Assembly (NCBI GenBank): GCA_035289805.1
Contig: DATDWC010000016.1
Coordinates: 1 to 36,585 of the forward strand
Source: Candidatus Peribacterales bacterium
Lineage (GTDB): Bacteria > Patescibacteriota > Gracilibacteria > Peribacterales > Peribacteraceae
Length of the DNA stretch: 36,585 bases
Reading direction: 5' to 3'
The notes beneath the pieces are model-generated. The model had not been told where the DNA came from and made no database searches. It saw only the letters and a list, made by a program, of their open reading frames with translations. The position numbers and the translations under genes are program-made. Positions 21,757-31,147 of the stretch are shown here, piece after piece (the first letter of the stretch is position 1; the number at the start of each line of letters is the position of its first letter).

Positions 21757-23283
21757 ATGACCATTCTCGCGATCACGATCATCTACACGATCGCAGGCAA
21801 ACTGGGACTACAACTCGCCCTTGTACATGCAAGTGCTACCGCCGTATGGCCCCCTGCTGGCATTGCACTCGCAACGTTTCTGATTTTTGGATACCGGATG
21901 TGGCCGGCAATTTTGCTCGGTGCGTTCCTCGTGAACATCACCACCGAAGGAACTGTTATCACTACCCTGGGGATCGCCATTGGAAATACGCTGGAGGGGC
22001 TGGTTGGTGCATACCTCGTCCAAAAATTTGCCAATGGCGCGTGCGCATTCGATCGCGTACAGGATATTTTAAAGTTTACGCTCTATGCCGCACTCTTCAG
22101 CACCATGATCAGTGCCACGATCGGAGTGCTCAGCCTTTCGCTCACAGGATTTGCCGCATGGGAAAATTTTGCGGACATTTGGATAACGTGGTGGCTGGGG
22201 GATGCAGTCGGTGACATCATCATCACTCCACTCCTCATCATCTGGTACCGCCATCCACATGTAAAATGGACTCTGCGACAGGTCGTCGAGGCTTTCTGCC
22301 TCATTGTTTCCATCCTCTCGATCGGCGGCATTATCTTCGGAGGGCTCTTCCATGGGAGCACCGTGACGTATCCGATTGAGTTCCTCTGTATCCCTCTCCT
22401 CATTTGGGCAGCATTCCGCTTTGGACAGCCAGAAGCCTCCGCAAGCATTATTCTGCTCTCGGCTGTTGCAATATGGGGAACATGGAACGGGTATGGTCCA
22501 TTCGCACATCCCTCGGAGAATATCGCTCTCCTCCTGTTACAGGTATTCATGGGGGTAACCGCCATCACCACGATGACTCTGGCAGCAGCCATCTCCACGC
22601 AGAAGGAAACAGAGGAGCAACTGAAAGCAGCACATTCGTTATTGTCGCAGAATTTCTACAAATGCGACATATCGTTCCAGAAACTGATCGATGGCGTGCA
22701 GGAGTACGCCATTTTCCTCCTGGATCCAAGTGGTAAAGTAATGAGCTGGAACAGGGGTGCAGAGAACATTAAGGGATACAAGGCATTCGAAATTGTGGGG
22801 AAAGATTTTTCTCTCTTCTATACGGAAGATGATCGCAGGCAGGGAACTCCCGCAAAATTACTCGGTCTTGCAGCACTCCAGGGACATGTGGAGCATGAGG
22901 GTTGGAGTGTCCGCAAGGATGGCTCGCGTTTCTGGGCAGATAGCATCATCTCGGCACTGCGAAGTGCCTCGGGAGAGTTAACAGGATTTTCCAATGTCAC
23001 CCGCGATATGACCGATCGGCATCAGGCAGAACTCGCCCGATTTGCATTCGTGGGGGCAGCCTCGCATGAGTTACGGACGCCACTCTCTGCCATTCGGTGG
23101 AACCTGGAGATTTTGAATGAGGACAAGAATCTCTCACTAGAGCAGAAGGCAAAGCTCACAAGCGATACCCTCAGTGAGAGCCAAAAAATGTCCGAGATAA
23201 TAGAAAGCCTCCTGACCTTGATCTCCCGAAGGGAGCCCAGCATTTCTCCTGGCTTAAGTTCCGATGCTCCTCTCACTGTCTAA
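21757..23283 (+). CDS. MASE1-PAS-HisKA sensor protein lacking a HATPase_c domain
   Basis: About 8 TM helices in the N-terminal 290 aa. PAS domain (YAIFLLDPSGKVMSWNRGAENIKGYKAFEIVGKDFS...FSNVTRDMTDR). H-box (FVGAASHELRTPLSAI). The ORF stops about 70 aa after the phospho-His. Confidence 0.75.
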   Translation: MTILAITIIYTIAGKLGLQLALVHASATAVWPPAGIALATFLIFGYRMWPAILLGAFLVNITTEGTVITTLGIAIGNTLEGLVGAYLVQKFANGACAFDRVQDILKFTLYAALFSTMISATIGVLSLSLTGFAAWENFADIWITWWLGDAVGDIIITPLLIIWYRHPHVKWTLRQVVEAFCLIVSILSIGGIIFGGLFHGSTVTYPIEFLCIPLLIWAAFRFGQPEASASIILLSAVAIWGTWNGYGPFAHPSENIALLLLQVFMGVTAITTMTLAAAISTQKETEEQLKAAHSLLSQNFYKCDISFQKLIDGVQEYAIFLLDPSGKVMSWNRGAENIKGYKAFEIVGKDFSLFYTEDDRRQGTPAKLLGLAALQGHVEHEGWSVRKDGSRFWADSIISALRSASGELTGFSNVTRDMTDRHQAELARFAFVGAASHELRTPLSAIRWNLEILNEDKNLSLEQKAKLTSDTLSESQKMSEIIESLLTLISRREPSISPGLSSDAPLTV

Positions 23284-23293
23284 GTGAGGGTGA

Positions 23294-24703
23294 TCATGAG
23301 TGTAGGTTCGCTGTGAGAAATGATCGCAGTAACTTTTTGGTGGAGGAGTGGCGACAGAGCATGAGCCATTCTTTCTTTGCCAGAGGCTTCCTCCCGAACA
23401 CCGGCTCAATGATATCACCATCACGAAGCGATGTATCGAGCCCTACTTTTCTGCCATTCACTTTTACGTTCTGGAGTAATTGGAATCGCCGAGGGAATGC
23501 ATGGCAGATAAAATCGAGCACTTCGGCAGGTTTACGGAGATGGTGCAGATTATTCTCATGATCGAAGATCGCAAGGTGATCCTCGGAGAAGTACTTTCGA
23601 AGTGCTGCGGAAAATTGCTTGGGGGATCGCACCTCCGCACGCAGACTCTGCAGATTACGGAAGAGGTTCACACGGGAGTTCCCATGCCGTAGCGCATACT
23701 TAGCCGCCTTGTAATCGCCGTGCGCAGAAGCCCCGTATTCGCAGATTTTGTGCATCTCCTCTGTGCGAATCTGAATTTCGATCGGTTGCTCGGTGACTCC
23801 CGGTAGTGGAAAAACCACCGTGTGAATGGATCGGTAGCCATTTTCCTTGGGTGCACCAATGTAATCCTTCAGCTTCCCCGGCATTGGGTGCATGGCACCG
23901 TGCACTACACCGAGTGCCTGGTAACACGCGGTGACATCAGGAACCACAATGCGGATCGCAAGTCGATCTGTGAGATCTTCGAACTTTCGACGTTTGAGCG
24001 CCATCTTGCGAAAGGTTGAGTAGATTCCCTTCACGCGCTGATTGAGCGAGCAGGAGACCCCCTCTTTATGGAAGGCTTTCTGCAGGAAGGCAATCGTCTG
24101 CGTCAGGCATGCGTTATCGAGTACCTTGGCTTCCTCAAACCGGCGACGCAGTTCCCGTGTCAACTTGGGCTGCAACACAGCAAAGCATGCATCCTCCATA
24201 TCGTATCGCCATGCATGCATCCCGAGCCTCCCCGCGATTGCGGTGTACATGTGGAGTGTTTCGTGCGCGATGCGCTGCTGTAACTCTTTGGGGAAGCGCG
24301 CGAGATTACGAACATCATTCACACGGTGGGCCATGCGGAGTGGGAGTAGGCGCTCATCCTCTACGAATGCCTCGAGTGCGGTATCCAGATCCTGTGTTTT
24401 TGCATCAATATTGAGGCGTCGCAGTGCGTGCATGCGCTCCACAAGTTCACGCTCCTCCGTGGTGAGCGGTGATTGCTCTAAGAGCTCCCACCCATCGGGA
24501 TGTACCGGGAGATCGTGGAGATGTGCAACAGCCAAAAGCGATGCATCGTTGAGACATTCACGGAGTACCTCTGCAACTTCGCGTCCATGGGACGCATAAT
24601 TTTCTCCTGTCCGGCGGCGGAGGAGAGAGAGGTGCGTGCGTGCATAGGTTGCTGCTTTCTGCGGCAGGGTTTGATCGTTGCGAGCTGCTCTCTTTGCGAT
24701 CAT
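23294..24703 (-). CDS. Second RelA/SpoT homolog (HD, synthetase and TGS domains; 469 aa)
   Basis: HD region (SHGREVAEVL...LLAVAHLHDLP). Synthetase core (RVKGIYSTFRKM...LAIRIVV...KDYIGAPKENGYRSIHTVV...IEIQIRTEEMH). TGS-like C-terminus (VKVNGRKVGLDTSLRDGDIIE). Confidence 0.85.
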   Translation of the reverse strand: MIAKRAARNDQTLPQKAATYARTHLSLLRRRTGENYASHGREVAEVLRECLNDASLLAVAHLHDLPVHPDGWELLEQSPLTTEERELVERMHALRRLNIDAKTQDLDTALEAFVEDERLLPLRMAHRVNDVRNLARFPKELQQRIAHETLHMYTAIAGRLGMHAWRYDMEDACFAVLQPKLTRELRRRFEEAKVLDNACLTQTIAFLQKAFHKEGVSCSLNQRVKGIYSTFRKMALKRRKFEDLTDRLAIRIVVPDVTACYQALGVVHGAMHPMPGKLKDYIGAPKENGYRSIHTVVFPLPGVTEQPIEIQIRTEEMHKICEYGASAHGDYKAAKYALRHGNSRVNLFRNLQSLRAEVRSPKQFSAALRKYFSEDHLAIFDHENNLHHLRKPAEVLDFICHAFPRRFQLLQNVKVNGRKVGLDTSLRDGDIIEPVFGRKPLAKKEWLMLCRHSSTKKLLRSFLTANLHS

Positions 24704-24797
24704 GGGGAATCTCAGTGTATCGCAGTGGGAGCCTAGAAAAAAATACTTGCGTCACGTTGATATTTCACTATGATCCGCCACGTCCTTTCTATGTGCA

Positions 24798-25259
24798 TTG
24801 CTACAAATTGCAACGTACATCGGCCCTAGCGTCATCCACGGAATCGGTCTCTTCGCTCAGAAACCAATATCCAAAGGGACCGTGGTATGGGAATTCGTGG
24901 AGGGAATAGACCACTACCTCTCAGATGAGACAATGGCAACGCTCCCGCAAACAGCTGTGGATTTTATTCACTTCTACTTCTACCGGAGCAAACTGACGGG
25001 ACAGTATGTACTCCTGGGGGACAATGACCGATTTACAAATCACTCCTACCATCCGAATGTGGGTGGCCCAACATCACTCTTCCCTCATCGAGAGGGGGGA
25101 ATAGCGCTCAGAGATATCTCCCCCGGAGAGGAACTCACAAGCGATTACTCCTCATTTGACGCAGATTTCTATCACTATGCCGATTTGTATCCGAGGGAAC
25201 GGGCGAAGATCCCCGTTCGCGTTCTCCGTCACAAACAAACGAGGCATATTCATTCCTGA
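24798..25259 (+). CDS. SET-domain protein (putative lysine methyltransferase)
   Basis: S.IHGIGLFA at the N-terminus, RFTNHSYHPN (the NHSCxPN-type motif), and GEELTSDY. TTG start, position uncertain. A candidate promoter TTGCGT-N16-TATGAT lies at 24747-24774. Confidence 0.7.
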   Translation: MLQIATYIGPSVIHGIGLFAQKPISKGTVVWEFVEGIDHYLSDETMATLPQTAVDFIHFYFYRSKLTGQYVLLGDNDRFTNHSYHPNVGGPTSLFPHREGGIALRDISPGEELTSDYSSFDADFYHYADLYPRERAKIPVRVLRHKQTRHIHS

Positions 25260-25272
25260 AAACGATAATCAT

Positions 25273-25323
25273 AGCGAAATCTCGGCGGAGCCCGAAGGGC
25301 GGAGCCGGAAGGGCGGAGCCGGA
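25273..25323 (-). repeat. Conserved tRNA trailer element, copy T3, with an internal 14-nt tandem duplication
   Basis: The minus strand after the CCA reads TCCGGCTCCGCCCT-TCCGGCTCCGCCCT-TCGGGCTCCGCCGAGATTTCGCT. Confidence 0.5.
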
Positions 25324-25398
25324 TGGAGCGGGCGAGGGGAGTCGAACCCCCTTCTGAAGCTTGGGAAGCTTCCATAATAGCCGTTATACGACGCCCGC
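25324..25398 (-). tRNA. tRNA-Gly(CCC) with encoded CCA
   Basis: The reverse complement reads GCGGGCG TC GTAT AACGGCTA TTAT G GAAGC TTCCCAA GCTTC AGAA GGGGG TTCGACT CCCCT CGCCCGC T CCA. Confidence 0.9.
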
Positions 25399-25442
25399 AC
25401 TGCCTCCCCTATTATCCATGACTCCCCTCCCCGATCAATGTC

Positions 25443-26546
25443 TTAATCATTGCAGCGCGTTGGGTCCACCGTGCAATCCCCGGGGACAACCACGGGAGAT
25501 TGGAAGTTCTCCTGCGCCTCTTGAATCGTGCGTGGGGTTGGCCGGAATCCTCCCAGGAGTCGCCGCGTCTGAATCGTCGATTGTACAGAAGCTGTTTCGT
25601 CATTGTAATTCGCCTGTCCTACTCCTCGACGAATGAGTCCCCCTTCGAAAACCCCAAGAGCACGTAGACGACTCTCCGTTCGTCCTAAGAGTCCCGCCTG
25701 AGTCCGGTACGACTTTTGTACCAACCATTCGCAGCGTATGCGCGCCTCTACAGGAACAACGCGACTGCAGTCGTGCCGGCCCACCCCTACACGAATCTTA
25801 TTCTCGAGCGCCTCGTCTAAAGGAATAGAACCGATACTCAGTGGATCGAATTGATGTGTCGCTGCTGCAGATTGAATAACCTCTGCAGTGCGCAGCACGC
25901 TCCGCCTTGTGTAATCTCCTGTCCGCTGCACGAGTGGTTCCCGTGTCTCTCGATTTGGTTTTGGAACCCGTAACCCCAAACGTGAAAGCCGACGTTCCTC
26001 TTTGGTCTTATCTGTAATACTAAACACTTTGACCAGCTCTTTAAGGCAAATCGCATACTCTTCCAGTTCTTCACTAGAGTTACCACTCATTTCACAGTTA
26101 CGATTTTTAAGACGTGCTCGAACTCTCGCCTGACGGTGTGGGACAAGATCTGTGAGCTCTTTATCGGTGGTGGGGAATGAGCCAGCGGCAGGAGTTCTGG
26201 ACCCGATACCAATGTTATCGAATCGCTCTTGGAGCGAACGACTGCGGAAATCCGTGCGTTCTCGACGGTTCACTTCGTTCTGAGCTTGTTCCTTTTCCCA
26301 AAGGTAACACCAGCGCGCGGCATAGGTTTCGTTCTCGAATGTCATAGGGAACGAACCCTCTTGCAGGTACCGTGCAAAGCGCACTTCCGTGTGGGAATCG
26401 AGCGGCTCCTCCAATCTTTCGCTAAATCCCTCGCAGTCCCGCATATCCAAAATGGCCGCGGTATTTGCTGTTCCTTTTAGGCTGACGACCGCAAGTATCC
26501 CGATGAGAAGAAAAAATGCCTTCCTCACGGTAAGCAAGTATACCAC
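25443..26546 (-). CDS. Hypothetical secreted or membrane-anchored Arg/Glu-rich protein (367 aa)
   Basis: N-terminal hydrophobic segment (AFFLLIGILAVVSL) and 8 Cys residues. I recognised no family. Confidence 0.5.
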   Translation of the reverse strand: MVYLLTVRKAFFLLIGILAVVSLKGTANTAAILDMRDCEGFSERLEEPLDSHTEVRFARYLQEGSFPMTFENETYAARWCYLWEKEQAQNEVNRRERTDFRSRSLQERFDNIGIGSRTPAAGSFPTTDKELTDLVPHRQARVRARLKNRNCEMSGNSSEELEEYAICLKELVKVFSITDKTKEERRLSRLGLRVPKPNRETREPLVQRTGDYTRRSVLRTAEVIQSAAATHQFDPLSIGSIPLDEALENKIRVGVGRHDCSRVVPVEARIRCEWLVQKSYRTQAGLLGRTESRLRALGVFEGGLIRRGVGQANYNDETASVQSTIQTRRLLGGFRPTPRTIQEAQENFQSPVVVPGDCTVDPTRCND

Positions 26547-26574
26547 GAAAAACGTCGTTCAAGAGAAACATTGC

Positions 26575-27531
26575 TCACCTCAAGCCGACGGCCTTACGCA
26601 CGCGCTCCATTGTGCGTGAGGCGATGGACCGTGCTCTCTTTGAGCCCTCGATGATCACGGCCTCCACTTCGCTATCCTTGAGCTTTACCCTGCGCTCGCG
26701 CATAGGCCCAAAATAATCCATGAATGCCTCAAAGAGCATCTTCTTCGCATCGCCGTACCCTAAACCTCCTTCCTGATATTTTTTTGCGAGTTCTTTTTTT
26801 TCTCGATCATCGAGGAGGAGCGAATGAATCTGATAGATAATGGATTCTTTTGGATCCTTTGATTCCTCTACTCCCTTGGAATCCGTGACGATTCCCATGA
26901 TGGCCTTCTTCACTACCTTTTCGTCTGCGAAGAGCGGAATGGCATTCCCATAACTCTTACTCATCTTCTTGCCATCGATCCCAGGAACAATTGCAGCTTC
27001 GGCGAGTTTCGCTTCGGGAGCAACAAGCAGATCCTTCCCGTAACGATTGTTGAATTTTATTGCGATGTCTCGGGCAATTTCGACGTGCTGTTTTTGATCT
27101 TTCCCCACAGGAACAGTATCCGCATCGTAGAGAAGAATATCTGCGGCCTGAAGCACTGGATACGTGAAGAGCCCCACATTCGCTTCGAGTCCCTGCGCTA
27201 CCTTATCTTTGTAGCTCACTGCCCGTTCAATCAGACCCATGGGAGTCACACACCCAAGAATCCATGAGAGTTCGGTATGTTCGGGAACGTAGGATTGAAA
27301 AAATAACGTTCCCCTCTGTGGATCAAATCCACAGGCAAGGAAATCTTTGGAGAGCTCCTGACGGTACGTCAGTAGTTCCACAGGATCATGAACAGTCGTG
27401 AGCGCATGGAGATCAACAATCATGAGGAGATTCTCCTCAGCACCGAGGAGTTCCATATTCTGCTTAAAGTACCCAAAGTAGTTTCCAAGATGCGGAGCGC
27501 CAGAAGGCTGAATACCGGTGAGGATGCGCAT
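26575..27531 (-). CDS. trpS: Tryptophan--tRNA ligase
   Basis: The class-I HIGH-type motif in GIQPSGAPHLGNYFG, the KMSKS motif, and a 318-aa length are typical of TrpRS. Confidence 0.93.
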   Translation of the reverse strand: MRILTGIQPSGAPHLGNYFGYFKQNMELLGAEENLLMIVDLHALTTVHDPVELLTYRQELSKDFLACGFDPQRGTLFFQSYVPEHTELSWILGCVTPMGLIERAVSYKDKVAQGLEANVGLFTYPVLQAADILLYDADTVPVGKDQKQHVEIARDIAIKFNNRYGKDLLVAPEAKLAEAAIVPGIDGKKMSKSYGNAIPLFADEKVVKKAIMGIVTDSKGVEESKDPKESIIYQIHSLLLDDREKKELAKKYQEGGLGYGDAKKMLFEAFMDYFGPMRERRVKLKDSEVEAVIIEGSKRARSIASRTMERVRKAVGLR

Positions 27532-27586
27532 AACAAAGGAGATGGTAGCACACTGCCAAATATGAAAGATTCCAAGATTCCAAAAC

Positions 27587-27620
27587 CCAAGACTCCAAGA
27601 GCGACAACTTGGAGTCTTGG
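27587..27620 (-). terminator. Candidate terminator of rplJ-rplL
   Basis: A perfect 13-bp stem CCAAGACTCCAAG/CTTGGAGTCTTGG with an 8-nt loop, followed on the minus strand by GTTTTGG. Further copies of the arm lie just upstream. Confidence 0.5.
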
Positions 27621-27640
27621 TACCTTGGAGTCTTGGAGTC

Positions 27641-28042
27641 TTATTTCAGGTTTACTTTCGCCCCCACCGCCTCCAGCTTCTTCTTTGCATCTTCCGCTTC
27701 TGCTTTCGGCATTCCTTCTTTTAATACACCACCGGCATCCACCTTGGCCTTCGCTTCGCCAAGACCAAGACCCGTGATCTCGCGGACAACCTTAATGACC
27801 TGGATCTTCTGTGCGCCTGCATCGGCAAGCTCCAAATCATAGGAAGTCTTCTCCTCTGCAGGAGCGGCGGCCGCACCTCCACCTCCTCCGGCAACAGCAA
27901 TTGCTGCGGGAGCAGCGGAGATACCGTAGACCTCCTCCATGTATTTAACGACGTTATTGAGGGAGACGACGTTCAGTTTTTCGAGTGCGTCGATCACCTT
28001 CTTCTCATCAGCGGAGAGTGAAATGGTTGCAGAATCTGCCAT
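27641..28042 (-). CDS. rplL: 50S ribosomal protein L7/L12
   Basis: Ala/Gly hinge followed by KIQVIKVVREITGLGLGEAKAKVD...KEGMPKAEAEDAKKKLEAVGAKV. Confidence 0.92.
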   Translation of the reverse strand: MADSATISLSADEKKVIDALEKLNVVSLNNVVKYMEEVYGISAAPAAIAVAGGGGGAAAAPAEEKTSYDLELADAGAQKIQVIKVVREITGLGLGEAKAKVDAGGVLKEGMPKAEAEDAKKKLEAVGAKVNLK

Positions 28043-28075
28043 GGGAAATATGGGAAAAAAGGAAGTAAGAAAAAA

Positions 28076-28621
28076 TTAAGAAGCGGATGGAGTGACCCCG
28101 CCTTTCTCTGCAATCTGCTTGAGACCAATTGCAAAAGAGCGGAGAGGTGTAGAGCATATCGAAGCAAAGCTCTGGAGTGGGGAGCGGATCATAATGGCAA
28201 ACTTTGTCAGGAGCTCTTCCTTGCTCAACATCTTCGCAAGTTCCAGAGCAGCATTCTCCGAGAGAATTTTGCCATCGAGCATGCCACCAAGAATCTTTAC
28301 CTTGTCATTCCCCTTACTGAACTCAAATGCCGCCTTGGCACCCGAGACTTCGTCCTCGAAGCTGAACACAAATGCGAGTGGCTCTATACCCAACACGTCA
28401 TCGCTGATCTCTGGAATTCCATGCTCTTTTGCAGCAATGCGAAAGAGTGTCTTCTTCGCCACTTTCATCTTGGCATTCTGACCACGGATCTTCCGACGGA
28501 GATTGGAAACATCCGAAACCGTGAGCCCACGGTACTTAAGCCACACGAGGGATTTCGCTTTCTTCAGATCTTCGCGAAGCTCTGTGAGCTGGGCCTGTTT
28601 TTCGGCTTTTGTGAGTGCCAT
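28076..28621 (-). CDS. rplJ: 50S ribosomal protein L10
   Basis: MALTKAEKQAQLTELREDLKKAKSLVWLKYRGLTVSDVSNLRRKIR. It lies directly upstream of rplL. I placed the start at ATG 28621; the ORF opens at 28696. Confidence 0.9.
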   Translation of the reverse strand: MALTKAEKQAQLTELREDLKKAKSLVWLKYRGLTVSDVSNLRRKIRGQNAKMKVAKKTLFRIAAKEHGIPEISDDVLGIEPLAFVFSFEDEVSGAKAAFEFSKGNDKVKILGGMLDGKILSENAALELAKMLSKEELLTKFAIMIRSPLQSFASICSTPLRSFAIGLKQIAEKGGVTPSAS

Positions 28622-28823
28622 GGTACAAAAATCGCTGGTTCTCGGCGGAATGAAATGAAGAGGATCCGTCCGGGAGACCAGCGAGGCACACGGCACGAAC
28701 AGGTAAGCCGGGGCCGACTAGTCGATGCTGTATGCCTCGGGAGGACTTACTTTCAGCCCTGCGGACCTATCGCCTCCGGTCTTCGGACATGGCTCAGTAT
28801 AAGACCTCCCGAACGGAAGTCAA
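28622..28823 (-). promoter_or_regulatory. Promoter TTGACT-N16-TATACT plus a structured leader of about 170 nt for rplJ (possible L10-leader-type autoregulatory RNA)
   Basis: -35 at 28818-28823 and -10 at 28796-28801 on the minus strand. The leader is GC-rich with several palindromes (e.g. CGACTAGTCG). I could not verify assignment to a known leader family by eye. Confidence 0.4.
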
Positions 28824-28854
28824 GAACCTCTGACTCTTCATAATCAGGGATTAT

Positions 28855-29595
28855 TCATCCCGGAACGACCCCCTTCAAAACCACCCCGACGAAATACGCA
28901 ACTGTTGCCGTGATGGCTCCAAGGCCGACAATTTCGATCGGCCCCCAGAAGAGACGCTCACGGGTCACCCAGGATCGCAGGAACCCAAGGAGCGCGAGCG
29001 CAACGCCAGTGGAAGCAATGGCAATGGAAAATCGGAGTGGAAGAGGCACATCCACAACGTAGGGGAAAATCGGAATGGAACCGAAAATAATAAATGAAAT
29101 GAACGTCACGACGCCATGGAGCCATGGATACTTCGCTTCTTCAGGGCTCATGCCATGCTCTTCACGCATCATGGTCTCGGCCCATATGCGTTCATCCGCG
29201 GTAATCCGGGAGACGACCATATCAAGCTCTGCGCCAGTGAACCCTTTTCTCGTATAGATCTCCCGAACTTCTTCGCGCTCGATCGAAGGATCCTCACGGA
29301 TTTCCTTCAACTCTTCCTTATGAAGCCGTTCGTAGTTATCCCGTTCCGAGCGAATGGAGAGAAAGTTCCCGACTCCCATACTGAGCCCATCGGCAAAGAG
29401 GTTCGCATACCCCAAAATAATAACGATGTAATTCGGGAGCGCCGCGCCTTCGGAACCCGAGACCACCGCAAACGTCGTGACGATTCCATCGATCCCCCCA
29501 TAGACGATGTCCTGAATGAACGGCGCAAGAGGTGAGCCGTGGATATCCTCCTCACGATGGGCTTTGAGCGCGGCACTTGGGATGTGATCGGCCAT
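28855..29595 (-). CDS. VIT1/CCC1-family Fe/Mn transporter
   Basis: The [17 protein letters not shown] motif, a central acidic cytoplasmic helical insert, and C-terminal TM helices. Confidence 0.85.
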   Translation of the reverse strand: MADHIPSAALKAHREEDIHGSPLAPFIQDIVYGGIDGIVTTFAVVSGSEGAALPNYIVIILGYANLFADGLSMGVGNFLSIRSERDNYERLHKEELKEIREDPSIEREEVREIYTRKGFTGAELDMVVSRITADERIWAETMMREEHGMSPEEAKYPWLHGVVTFISFIIFGSIPIFPYVVDVPLPLRFSIAIASTGVALALLGFLRSWVTRERLFWGPIEIVGLGAITATVAYFVGVVLKGVVPG

Positions 29596-29618
29596 GCGGG
29601 GAGCATCATATCCTTTTG

Positions 29619-31061
29619 TTAGGAGGAGAGCGAAGAGATTGCCGTGATGATGCAGAAAAATGCGAGGAAGAGAATCACCACACCCATCACCACATTCCTG
29701 AAGAAATGAGGCCGCAGCTCGCGTGCGAGTGCGCTGTTATTGAGCCAGAGAATGATCACAGAATACACGAGCATGCTGAACGCGTTGATAATCGCTCCAA
29801 GGACAATGAGTGTGAGCGGCTGATCAAAGCCAATGGAAAATACCGTGATCCCAAAGAGAATCTGCAGCCACAGAATGATGTAGTACACGCGCGAAATGTT
29901 TCCCGTGGAATTTTTTCTCAGGAGGAAAACGTTCTCGGTCATGATCCTGCTCGTGGAATCAAGCACGGTGAGCTGCGTGGCACAGAGCATGATGCCGGTG
30001 ATGAGGAGAAAAATCGTCCCGACAATCGGTGCAGTCATGCGGCCGATGGCGGCGGCTTCCTCCATGACGAAGAGGAGTCCCTGAGCGGTACCGGCTTCGC
30101 CGAAGGTGGTGCCATACGAGAGGAGCGAGAGCATGAGCATGGTGAAGAGGCCAAGACCCCAGAAGATGAGGAGATGCTCGCGATTGATGGCTTTCCACCA
30201 CAAACGAAAATGCTCCATATTCTCCGGCGTGCAGGGGAAGGTATTCCCTGTCAGGGTAAATTTCTTCGCCCCTCCACCCCTCATGAGGCCTGTGATCTTC
30301 TCCGCGTAAATTCCCATGCCATAGCCCTTATCGCGTACATAGCAGGATTGCGCAAGGTTGAGATTCCCGCCAGCTCCCGCATAGGCCAGCGCCCCGAGGA
30401 ATGTTCCCATCGCAATGCCGTTAGGGAGGAAGAAGTATGAATCGCCCTCCACAGAAACGCCAATGCCCACAATCCCTTTCGTTAGTGCCGCAAGATCGGA
30501 CCACTCCACAAGGTACAGTGTGAGGAGGAGAACAAGGGGAACACCCACACCGATCAGGTACTTCTGAAGCGTCTCTACTGTTCTGTAGAGCACCTTCCCA
30601 ACACTGAGGATGCATCCGATAATGAGGAACAGAATGATGGCGATCGTATTGGGGGATTCTAATTGGAAAGCATGCGAGAGGAGAGATGCACCATAGAGCC
30701 CTATCCCCGGCCAACCGAATCCAAGAAATGTAGTGAGAATGAACCAAATGGGGAGGAACTTGAGGAGCCGCGCAAAACCCACGAATACGCTTTCCCCATT
30801 CACCAACGCGTAGCGCTCCACTTCCATATTAATGAAGAACTGCATAGTGACTCCAAGTACAATGCCCCATACAACACCAAGGCCATAGTGACCGACCATA
30901 TGCGGCCACAGCACCACCTCGCCACTCCCAAGGCCAAGGCCAAGGATGATAAAGCTCGGTCCGATGAGCTTCCTGAAAGAAGGTGCTTCGGGAAGATCCT
31001 TTATCCCAAGAGGTGGGATGGTGCGCTTGAGTGGTACCGGGCCTGGAATGGAGTCGATCAT
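29619..31061 (-). CDS. Divergent NRAMP-like (COG1914-type) membrane transporter
   Basis: 480 aa with about 11 TM helices. The N-terminal pattern [58 protein letters not shown] parallels the NRAMP TM1-TM2 region, but GSGE replaces DPGN. Confidence 0.5.
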   Translation of the reverse strand: MIDSIPGPVPLKRTIPPLGIKDLPEAPSFRKLIGPSFIILGLGLGSGEVVLWPHMVGHYGLGVVWGIVLGVTMQFFINMEVERYALVNGESVFVGFARLLKFLPIWFILTTFLGFGWPGIGLYGASLLSHAFQLESPNTIAIILFLIIGCILSVGKVLYRTVETLQKYLIGVGVPLVLLLTLYLVEWSDLAALTKGIVGIGVSVEGDSYFFLPNGIAMGTFLGALAYAGAGGNLNLAQSCYVRDKGYGMGIYAEKITGLMRGGGAKKFTLTGNTFPCTPENMEHFRLWWKAINREHLLIFWGLGLFTMLMLSLLSYGTTFGEAGTAQGLLFVMEEAAAIGRMTAPIVGTIFLLITGIMLCATQLTVLDSTSRIMTENVFLLRKNSTGNISRVYYIILWLQILFGITVFSIGFDQPLTLIVLGAIINAFSMLVYSVIILWLNNSALARELRPHFFRNVVMGVVILFLAFFCIITAISSLSS

Positions 31062-31147
31062 AAAGAAAAGTATAACAAAAATATCACCTTTTTCCTCTCA
31101 ACATCCTTCGACCCGACTCAGGATGACACGGTACAATCACATAACTT

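Noticed and set aside
27532-27640. A possible T-box or other leader upstream of trpS, and a possible repeat array formed by the repeated CCAAGACTCCAAG units.
   Set aside because: The 109-nt region is too short for a T-box and has no specifier or T-box sequence that I could recognise. The repeats form the rplL terminator hairpin plus extra arm copies. They have no regularly spaced unique spacers, so this is not a CRISPR array.
29577-30440. A 287-aa plus-strand ORF overlapping the NRAMP-like gene. Similar long antisense ORFs occur at 32434..33135 (in pcrA), 31631..32185, 11253..11933, 14198..14896, 15383..15886 and 20704..21219.
   Set aside because: All lie opposite well-supported conserved genes. 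Their translations are charged, low-complexity and motif-free, as expected for shadow ORFs in roughly 50% GC DNA.
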